From a virus: 19,332 bases of DNA. A program made the translations under genes and the position numbers. This document shows, one piece after another, positions 4,462-11,820 of the stretch. The stretch lies in the IMG/VR virus record IMGVR_UViG_3300045988_074229, positions 1-19,332 of that record; one strand, 5' to 3'. The notes beneath the pieces were generated by a model, which did not search any database, was not told the origin of the DNA, and saw only the letters and a list, made by a program, of their open reading frames with translations. Numbering within the stretch: the stretch's first letter is position 1; every line of letters starts with the position of its first letter.

Positions 4462-5558
4462 TGAGTAATAAAATTACACGCTATATGTCCGCTGAAACTG
4501 GACAAAATGTTACTAACATTGACCTTTTGAACGCCATCCGCGAAAAAGCTTCGAACGCTTACCAAGCTGATATTCCAGTTCTTAAAGGTACAATCAACCA
4601 CGCGAACATTCCGACACAACAATTTCAAGTGCATGAAAACGAGTTTTTTGAGCAGTTGATTAACCGTATTGGATCAGTTGTTGTCAAGGCTCTCACTTAC
4701 GAAAACCCACTCGCAATTTTCAAATCTGAAATTTTCGAATTTGGTGACACGCTTGAAGAAATCTACGTAGCACCTGCAGAACGTAATAACTTTAACGCAA
4801 AAGATAACGGTCATCCATTCGCTTTTGCTGATACAGATATTGAAGTGTTCTATCACAAGTTGAATAACGAATATCGTTATGACCGTACGTTCGAGCGCGC
4901 ATGGGTTCAAAAAGCATTTACATCAGATATGGCATTTGATGAATTTATTGACAAGATGTTCACATCACTTATCAGCTCTGACACGCTTGACGAATATGCA
5001 GCAGTTAAACAAGTCCTTAACGACTCACTCGCTGAAGTGACTTACACCGATAACGCAGGTACAGCTCATCAAATTACGGTAGCAGGTACGAAAGTTGATA
5101 CGACTCATAACAATTATATCGAAGAGATGGTAAAAGACATCATCGCGAAATCGAAACAGTTTACGATTCCATCACGCGACAAAGCTCACTCAAACAATCC
5201 AGTTGGTGTACCTAATGCAACGCCACTCGAAGATCAATATCTTATCATCGATGCGGAATACTCGACAGATATTGACCTCATGTTAGCTAACGCTTTTAAC
5301 ATGGATAAAGCTTCAGTCCAAGCTCGTCAAATTGTTGTCGATTTCTTCGACAAATTTACTGGAGCTGGTCAAAATAACGGACGCCGTCCCGTTGCCTTCC
5401 TTGTTTCTAAGAATTCAATTATTCTTAAAGACAAATTGGTACACATGGAAAGTATTCGCAATCCGAAGACAATGTCTTATAACTACTTCTACCATCACCA
5501 CTATTTGACAAGCCTTTCACTCTTTGAAAACATCCACATGTTCTACGTGGAAGACTAA
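4461..5558 (+). CDS. Major capsid protein (phi29 gp8-like, 365 aa)
   Basis: Matches to recalled phi29 gp8: [10 protein letters not shown] vs [32 protein letters not shown] vs [41 protein letters not shown] vs METVRNPRGLYWNYYYHV. Strong SD AAGGAG. A terminator follows. Confidence 0.95.
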   Translation: [365 protein letters not shown]

Positions 5559-5574
5559 ATAGTATTCCTCTACT

Positions 5575-5603
5575 AGCCCTACCCTCACGGGTTTAGGGCT
5601 TTT
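5575..5603 (+). terminator. Intrinsic terminator/attenuator after the capsid gene
   Basis: Stem AGCCCUACCC/GGGUUUAGGGCU (7+3 bp with a 2-nt bulge), loop UCAC, then a short U tract UUUAU. Confidence 0.6.
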
Positions 5604-5632
5604 ATAAAATTACAGAAAGCGAGGAAAAGTAT

Positions 5633-6670
5633 TTGAATACTGTAAATTATCACAGTTTAAAAGAATATACAAAAACACTTGGACGCATTGACCACAGCAA
5701 AACAACGGTGGATCGTAATCGTACCGCATGGTATAACTTTTACTTTAACTACTTTTATGACATTGTCGTAAACTATTTTAGCTGGTACAACTTGCCAAAC
5801 GACCTCGATGAACTTTTTATAGAGCGTAAGCTTTTAGAAAATGGACACGTTGCATTTTTCGAAGACGAAGAATTAGGTTTTGTGGCACAGGGTGGAACAC
5901 GTGGCCAAGAGCTTAATATCTACGATTACCCTACCACTTATCTGCCTGTGAACGCGGCTCAACAGATGCGCTTTCCGAAAATGCAAATCGCGTACAGTAA
6001 AAGAGATTTTGATCTCTTGCAAAAAATGCACAACGAAACGCGAACCGATAAGCCTTGTATAGTTATTCCTAATAATAATCTCTTCGAACCGTATCTTGAT
6101 TACATTCATCTATATTGCGAAAAGCTGGCAGACATTGAAATGACAATTCAGCTGAATCGAAACGCTCAGGTCACACCGTTCTTTGTTTTAGCTGATGAAA
6201 AATCTGTTTTAAGTTTAAAGAACATTTTTAACAAAATTCAAAGCTTCGAGCCCGTTGTATATGCAAACACACAAAAAAACGCGGCAGGTACCGCGGACTT
6301 CCAACAATTAGACGACCGCATTAAAGTCTTTCGCACGGAAGCACCTTACCTTCTTGACAAGTTACATGACGAAAAGAATCGCGTTATTAATCAGCTTCTC
6401 ACGTTTATTGGAATTAATAACAATCCCGTTGATAAAGCTGAGCGTCTAGTTACTGCTGAAGCAATTTCAAACGCAGGCATTATTTCCGCAAATATTGAAG
6501 TTGGTTGGAAGTCTCGACGAAACGCAGTAAAACGCATTAATGAAGCTTACGGGCTTGATATAGATGTTGAGCCTGCGGAATGGGTACAACGCTTTAACTT
6601 TGCGGACGTTGAAAAAGATTTAAATACCGAAAATCTTGATGATAACGCGGACGGAGGGCTTCAACCATGA
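5633..6670 (+). CDS. Portal / upper collar connector (phi29 gp10-like, 345 aa), TTG start
   Basis: Matches to recalled gp10: [30 protein letters not shown] vs [59 protein letters not shown] vs [44 protein letters not shown] vs KINELYGLNVKVK. SD GAGGA lies 7 nt before the TTG. Confidence 0.93.
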   Translation: [345 protein letters not shown]

Positions 6671-7326
6671 CGCAAAATAACACAACCGCAACAATTGAGC
6701 AATTTTTAAAATCACGTTATCGTAATCCAGTGACTGGAAATCTTGACGGTCTAGCCGTTGACGAAAATGGCGATTTTCTCCACTATAACGTTATCATCGA
6801 CCAAACTTTTAATGAGCTATTTAAAGACATGCACCTTAATCAATACGTTGATGATGACTTCAAAAAGTTATTCTGCCAGCGCTTTTATAACCGTGAGATT
6901 GGCTTTGAGACGTTCGCACGCTTTCAAGTGTTCCTGGAGCAAGAGTTAAACACAGACTGTCTCAATTTGTTTAAAGTCCGTGACACGTTGAAAAATATGT
7001 CGTTGGATCAGATGAACCAAGACACCAACATGTATAATGACGGAAGCTCGAAGAATGACAGTCACACGCTTTCCATTTCCAACACCACACCTCAAGAACA
7101 TTTGTCAATCACTTATGACAATGACCACGACCAAAAATACGGCGCGATTGATTATGCGAATGCGCTCGGTGAAGGAAACGCCAAAGGAAAAGAAGACCAC
7201 CATTCATACACGCACGGATGGGCGGGCGGTCAACTCGCTCAGCGTTATAATCAGTTGGCGCAAATGGAAGACCTGACATTTGAAATCTTTAACATTTTAG
7301 AGCCACTCTTTCTCCAGGTCTGGTGA
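6667..7326 (+). CDS. Putative lower collar protein (219 aa)
   Basis: Translationally coupled to the portal gene (ATGA overlap) with SD GGAGGG. This position matches phi29 gene 11. The call rests mainly on synteny. Confidence 0.5.
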   Translation: MTQNNTTATIEQFLKSRYRNPVTGNLDGLAVDENGDFLHYNVIIDQTFNELFKDMHLNQYVDDDFKKLFCQRFYNREIGFETFARFQVFLEQELNTDCLNLFKVRDTLKNMSLDQMNQDTNMYNDGSSKNDSHTLSISNTTPQEHLSITYDNDHDQKYGAIDYANALGEGNAKGKEDHHSYTHGWAGGQLAQRYNQLAQMEDLTFEIFNILEPLFLQVW

Positions 7327-7346
7327 GCTCTTAGAAAGGACAAACT

Positions 7347-8030
7347 ATGCGAGAATTAACAATTGCTAATGACAATTTAGTTAGCTATGACAAATACTTA
7401 GCTCAGCTACTTATTAAAGTACCGCAAGACTTTCAGCCTGAGCCTGACGAGCTTTACTATTTTAAAGCAACTAATCCACGCTATGGCAAACGCTTGAAAA
7501 ACTTGTACATTAAAGCGCGAGCCGTGCTTTACTACTACGCGGACAAGTCCACCGCTGAGTTTTGGGGCATTACCTCAACACGCTCAAAAGTTGTAAACAA
7601 GCCGATTACATCGGTGACGACGTCAGGTGACGAGCTTAATTGTTTGTGTTTTATCCGCTTTAAAGTCTTAGGCGTTTATTATAGTAAAGAGAAGCTTTTA
7701 TCAAAATCTAAGCTCAAAGGCTTTGGCCGTGTCATCGATGATAACGAATATTTTAGCCGTATTCCTATTATTAATGAGTTAACGCACTGGGACAACGGAG
7801 TTCTCACATCTAATAATTTTAAATTTAAAACAAATTATGACAAACCGTGGGACGATGCGGATTCTTGGGAAGAGTACGGCATTTACATTTATGACGCAAA
7901 CGGACTCAGAAAGCCTGGGTGGGTGCATTATTTGAAAGATTGGGATAAGTTTAATCTCACGGCGACAAATAACCGCGACGGAGAAAAACGCGTCTCGCTC
8001 GTTGGAGGAGAGGGGCACGAAAAATTATGA
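7347..8030 (+). CDS. Hypothetical structural protein (227 aa)
   Basis: SD AAAGGA. ATGA overlap with the next gene. Located in the neck/tail block. No family recognised. Confidence 0.8.
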   Translation: MRELTIANDNLVSYDKYLAQLLIKVPQDFQPEPDELYYFKATNPRYGKRLKNLYIKARAVLYYYADKSTAEFWGITSTRSKVVNKPITSVTTSGDELNCLCFIRFKVLGVYYSKEKLLSKSKLKGFGRVIDDNEYFSRIPIINELTHWDNGVLTSNNFKFKTNYDKPWDDADSWEEYGIYIYDANGLRKPGWVHYLKDWDKFNLTATNNRDGEKRVSLVGGEGHEKL

Positions 8031-8332
8031 TTACAATAAGCGCAGAAATGACGCAAACAAGTCTCCGCCTGACGGTACGAGGGCACAGCGCCACAGGGCG
8101 TGAAGATTGTGCCAGAGCTACGACTGCTTTTCAAGCTATAACGTATACATTTACTCATAAAATCATTGATAAAAAAACGTCTGACGGATTTAGCTACGCT
8201 GAAATAGCGTATACTAAGCAAACGAAAAAAATGCTTTTGCAAGCTGTCCTTTATTTAAAACAGCTCGCGGAATTGCATCCAAAAACCATGAGTTTTACAT
8301 TTAAAGAAAACGAGGAAAAACAACATGACTAA
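8027..8332 (+). CDS. Prp-like (DUF464 / peptidase C108-like) cysteine protease candidate (101 aa)
   Basis: MITI...LRLTVRGHSATGREDCARATTAF resembles the His...Cys core of Prp proteins (S. aureus Prp MITVDITV...DGHADHGEYGHDIVCAGASAV, recalled). The C-terminal LLQAVLYLKQLAE resembles ILQTMLVSLQTIE. Size is similar (about 105 aa). The His-Cys spacing is shorter here. Confidence 0.5.
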   Translation: MITISAEMTQTSLRLTVRGHSATGREDCARATTAFQAITYTFTHKIIDKKTSDGFSYAEIAYTKQTKKMLLQAVLYLKQLAELHPKTMSFTFKENEEKQHD

Positions 8333-10238
8333 ATCAACAAAACGACCTTTACCAGTATCAAAAACCATCCAATTCCAACAACACCAAAAAATTAAAGACA
8401 TTTCAGTAAGCGGAAAAGATGCGCTCACAAGCGTTGACTTTTCAGAGCGCGATGGTGACTTTAAATTAAAAATTAAAGCTGATCCAGACAAAGTGAACGA
8501 GGTTTCAGGGACTCCGTTCGTAACGACTAGCGTTACAACAGCGGACGAAGGAACGGATGATCCGAAGAAATCGGTCGCACTCGGTCACGACTATCGCGGT
8601 CTTAATTTAGAGACGGCTGGCAAATACTTGAGTATCAACAAAACTAAAGAAAAAGCAGTCATTGACGGTACTTTGATTGAAGCAGATTTGACAAAAGCGC
8701 TCAACGATGCAAAGGAAGCAAAAGAAAAAGCTGACAAGGCAGCAGAAAAAGCTGGACTTGCAGACCAAAAAGCTACCACTGCTATTACGCAAATTGCAAG
8801 CGTTAGCGACGCTCTCACAAAATTAACGGAAGCAAGTAAAACAGCGGACGCAAAACTTCAGAGCGAAATTGACAAGCTAAGAGCAAAATTGGAAACACTT
8901 CCAAAAGAAGCTAAGTTGTACGTGAGTGAAGCGGATAAAGAGCGCGCAAACAGTGGACGCTTGGAAGGTTTGACATACGTTAATTTTTATACAGCACTTG
9001 ACAGCTCAGACGCGACAGCTTTGTCAGTGTCAGAAAATGTAACTCTTAGCGTTACATTAAAACCAGACACCGAAAACACGAGCGGTACAGCGTTTACGCG
9101 TGAAGTTAGCGAAATTCGCTTGGAAGTTGCAAAACCAGCGCTACCAGACTTCGATGCACTCGGTGTTGCTGTTCAAGATGCACAAGACCGCGCTGCTGAA
9201 GCGCAAGACAAAGCGAACGAAGCTAAACAAAAAGCGGATAGTTTGGAAACAACGTTCAACAATGTTTCAAAAAATTTACAAGACCACGCAATGGACGAAG
9301 CGCAACTAAACAGCTTAACGGCAAAACTAGAAACTACTACTACTACCGCTGACACTGCAAAAGAGAGCGCTGACACCGCGACAGCATTAGCGCAACAAGC
9401 AAAAGCAACAGCTGACAAGACAGCGACAGATTTAGGACTCGCACAAGCTAAAGAAATTGAAGATATTAAAAATGTAAACGATGCGGTTGAACGTTTACGC
9501 GCCGCAGTTGGACAAGCAAACGGAAAACTTCAAGGACGCTTGAGCGAACTTGCTCAAAAAATTGCAAAAGCGAACGAAGGAGCAACAGCTCCAGAACCTC
9601 TCAAAGTCGATGACGCAACTTATAACGCTATCAAAGCAGCCGCAAGCTTAGGCGATAGCCGTTACGACGGTATCACGTCCGCAACGTTTATCGTAAACGG
9701 TCAAAAAGTAACACTCGATGTGGCTGATACGAACGAAGTAGCAAACTTTGACACTTCGATCGAAGGACGCGTTTTATTAAACAGCCCACGTAGTAGTATT
9801 GATAATAATAGCGAGAGCCTAGTTATCGGACTCAAGGGCGACACACACGAAGTCGTGAGCATTAAAATTAAATCAGGACACCGCGACATTGAAAAGCGTC
9901 TTCTAGGTGTTCGAGACTGGCTGAACTTTGTACCAACAAAAGCAGAAAAAGCGCTTCTCGAATTGTCGCAAGCTGGCGGACGTACAAACTTTACGCAGGA
10001 GCAAGTAGACCAAGGAATTATCGTATCCGAAGGGCTTGTGATCGACATGGGTAAATATTGGCTACCTGTTGGAAACGTTGAACTCGCTTTCGGAGGGGAC
10101 AAGCCAACGGCTCAAGAATTGCTCGACTTTACGATTTATACCTACGATTTAGACACCGCACGTGTAAACCACATTAACGCTAAGACATTGCTAGAGCCCG
10201 GCACAAAAGTTCCACCAATTCTTAAAACAGTATATTAA
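8325..10238 (+). CDS. Coiled-coil fibre protein (tail fibre, neck appendage or head fibre candidate; 637 aa)
   Basis: Long Ala/Lys/Glu/Thr-rich heptad-like segments (e.g. AKEAKEKADKAAEKAGLADQKATTAITQ) are followed by a non-repetitive C-terminal domain. SD GAGGA lies 8 nt upstream. Located in the late structural block. Confidence 0.55.
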   Translation: MTKSTKRPLPVSKTIQFQQHQKIKDISVSGKDALTSVDFSERDGDFKLKIKADPDKVNEVSGTPFVTTSVTTADEGTDDPKKSVALGHDYRGLNLETAGKYLSINKTKEKAVIDGTLIEADLTKALNDAKEAKEKADKAAEKAGLADQKATTAITQIASVSDALTKLTEASKTADAKLQSEIDKLRAKLETLPKEAKLYVSEADKERANSGRLEGLTYVNFYTALDSSDATALSVSENVTLSVTLKPDTENTSGTAFTREVSEIRLEVAKPALPDFDALGVAVQDAQDRAAEAQDKANEAKQKADSLETTFNNVSKNLQDHAMDEAQLNSLTAKLETTTTTADTAKESADTATALAQQAKATADKTATDLGLAQAKEIEDIKNVNDAVERLRAAVGQANGKLQGRLSELAQKIAKANEGATAPEPLKVDDATYNAIKAAASLGDSRYDGITSATFIVNGQKVTLDVADTNEVANFDTSIEGRVLLNSPRSSIDNNSESLVIGLKGDTHEVVSIKIKSGHRDIEKRLLGVRDWLNFVPTKAEKALLELSQAGGRTNFTQEQVDQGIIVSEGLVIDMGKYWLPVGNVELAFGGDKPTAQELLDFTIYTYDLDTARVNHINAKTLLEPGTKVPPILKTVY

Positions 10239-10255
10239 AAAGGATGTGAAGACTT

Positions 10256-10960
10256 ATGTTTAACGAAAATGAAGACTTTTTCAAAAATTACCGAGGACGC
10301 TATAGCCAGTATTGGATTGAGCGTTTCGGTCTGATTCCAGAGCTTCCGACTAGCTTCGACAATGCTAACTCTATTTATGAGCTTATTGCTTGGCTTCAGC
10401 GTGCGTTCAAGCAGTTGCTTGACGACTTCACCGCGCTAGAAAACGAATTCGAAGATTTCAAAAATGCGCTGATTGATTTGTTAGAATATCTTATTCCAGA
10501 GCTTATCCGACGCTTTGCACATTCTACGGAATTTCGAAAAATCTTTTCTGACTTGCTCAAAGATGTTCTAAATAGCGATTTAAAACAATGGTTTAAAAAC
10601 TACCTGAAAGATATTCTCCGAGATCCTGACATGCGTGAATTTTTCAAAGAGTATCTTAAGGATATTATGCATGATCCAGAGATGCAAAAGTGGTTTAAAG
10701 ATTACCTTAAAGAGCTTTTAAACGATCCGAAATTTTTGAAAGATTTGAAAGACAAGCTCGGTATTACTGAGATTGAAAACAATCTTAACAAGATTATCGA
10801 TAACTTGAAACGCTCAGGCGCTTGGGAAAATGGCAATCTTAAACCAGACCGCAACATTGCTACTGGTAATATTAACGTATTCGGTGGAGCAACTGATGGC
10901 GGACACTTTATCCGCACGAATAATGGACAAACTGAGGACGATCTCGCGGGAGGTGTTTAA
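10256..10960 (+). CDS. Structural (fibre/appendage-associated) protein with internal 17-aa tandem repeats (234 aa)
   Basis: ORF with an AAAGGA SD in the late tail block. It contains the WFKNYLKDILRDPDMRE / FFKEYLKDIMHDPEMQK / WFKDYLKELLNDPKFLK repeats. Confidence 0.6.
   Translation: MFNENEDFFKNYRGRYSQYWIERFGLIPELPTSFDNANSIYELIAWLQRAFKQLLDDFTALENEFEDFKNALIDLLEYLIPELIRRFAHSTEFRKIFSDLLKDVLNSDLKQWFKNYLKDILRDPDMREFFKEYLKDIMHDPEMQKWFKDYLKELLNDPKFLKDLKDKLGITEIENNLNKIIDNLKRSGAWENGNLKPDRNIATGNINVFGGATDGGHFIRTNNGQTEDDLAGGV
10589..10741 (+). repeat. Three in-frame 51-bp tandem repeats (a degenerate fourth copy at 10541..10588)
   Basis: Units at 10589..10639, 10640..10690 and 10691..10741. I count 32/51 identical bases by hand between units 1 and 3. 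They encode the xFKxYLKDxLxDPxMxx peptide repeat. Confidence 0.8.
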
Positions 10961-10962
10961 GT

Positions 10963-11712
10963 ATGGCACAACTCAAAAACGGCGGACGCGTAGATTTTCA
11001 GCTTAAACCTGTTGTAATTCAGGGAGGAACATACAAAGGTGTAAGCTACGACGGAAACACTTCCATTTTTCACATGTACAACGCTTATACAACTACGTCG
11101 CCGTGGAACGAAAGCATCGACACACGTGTAAGTTTTGATTACGACATCGAAGAAACAGACGACGAAATTAAAATTAAAGTCAAAGGCGTTAGTGGCTACG
11201 GCTTAACAATTACAAGCGTCGGACGAGGAACGCCGTTTCCAGTCCACGACTCGCTTGTAAACGCTAACGGTCAAACGCTCGTCGACCTTCACTATCAGTC
11301 GGGCGTTGGTTACAATTATAATCAATCGCTTGGCGGTGCGACGGTGTTCGGAAGCGTTCCTATTCTCACTATTAAAAAATCTGAGTTTGGACAAGCACAC
11401 GCACAACACGTGGGAATTAAGCTTCTCAGGTTCGATGACTTGGCAGCGGATCCAAGCGGTGACAATAAAATTGAGCTATGGTTCGACGCTATTGCCTATT
11501 TTCCACCGCCAAAGTTTAAGCCGTGGGCGACGCGTAAAAGTGGCACTTTCAAGAGTCACCAAAAACACGACGGGTGGTTTAAGATTCGCAAAAGTGGCAC
11601 ATGGTCGGACGTGTCGACAATGTCAAACGCTGATCGAGGCGCAAGCGGACAAGGAAAGCACCGCATCCGCCACGGCGGAACGTGGGTCGGACAGACGGAA
11701 ATTGGCGACTAA
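10963..11712 (+). CDS. Structural protein, possible receptor-binding/tail protein (249 aa)
   Basis: SD GGAGG lies 9 nt upstream. It is the last gene before a strong terminator. The C-terminus carries three [RK]-x-x-G-T-[WF] motifs (TRKSGTFKS, IRKSGTWSD, IRHGGTWVG). Confidence 0.6.
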   Translation: MAQLKNGGRVDFQLKPVVIQGGTYKGVSYDGNTSIFHMYNAYTTTSPWNESIDTRVSFDYDIEETDDEIKIKVKGVSGYGLTITSVGRGTPFPVHDSLVNANGQTLVDLHYQSGVGYNYNQSLGGATVFGSVPILTIKKSEFGQAHAQHVGIKLLRFDDLAADPSGDNKIELWFDAIAYFPPPKFKPWATRKSGTFKSHQKHDGWFKIRKSGTWSDVSTMSNADRGASGQGKHRIRHGGTWVGQTEIGD

Positions 11713-11748
11713 AAACGATAACTTGTACTAGCATAATAGTACAAAGTG

Positions 11749-11757
11749 TGATATAAT
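11749..11757 (+). promoter_or_regulatory. Possible extended -10 promoter (TGATATAAT) overlapping the terminator stem
   Basis: TG at 11749..11750 and TATAAT at 11752..11757. No good -35 box. A second ATAATAGTACA box (11733..11743) matches the -10/start region of PB and the late promoter. Confidence 0.35.
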
Positions 11758-11788
11758 AGTGTTAGTTAAAAAGCTAACACTATTTTTT
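11757..11788 (+). terminator. Intrinsic terminator
   Basis: Perfect 9-bp stem UAGUGUUAG/CUAACACUA, loop UUAAAAAG, then U6 (11783..11788). Confidence 0.85.
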
Positions 11789-11820
11789 ATATGGTTAGCT
11801 AGAAAGGAACTTTTAAAACG

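Noticed and set aside
8591-9418. Antisense ORFs inside the coiled-coil fibre gene (8591..8818, 8607..8792, 9173..9418); similar antisense ORFs elsewhere include 502..699, 842..1081, 1124..1348, 1478..1838, 1881..2192, 3009..3248, 3863..4114, 4431..4910, 5873..6109, 7779..8242, 8255..8491, 9701..10102, 10702..10917, 11203..11409, 11947..12159, 12981..13498, 14107..14394 and 16657..16955
   Set aside because: All lie opposite well-supported genes and lack SD sequences. Their compositions (Ala/Ser/Phe/Cys runs) mirror the sense-strand codon bias. They are typical shadow ORFs.
11306-11731. 141-aa same-strand overlapping ORF (TTG start) inside gene 10963..11712; similar ones at 1930..2154, 6758..6949, 7037..7276, 9100..9309, 12029..12313, 12878..13207, 17203..17406, 18668..18862 and 19035..19253
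   Set aside because: No SD, a non-ATG or arbitrary start, and Arg/Ser/Thr-rich low-complexity translations. The frame they overlap has clear homology or good gene context.
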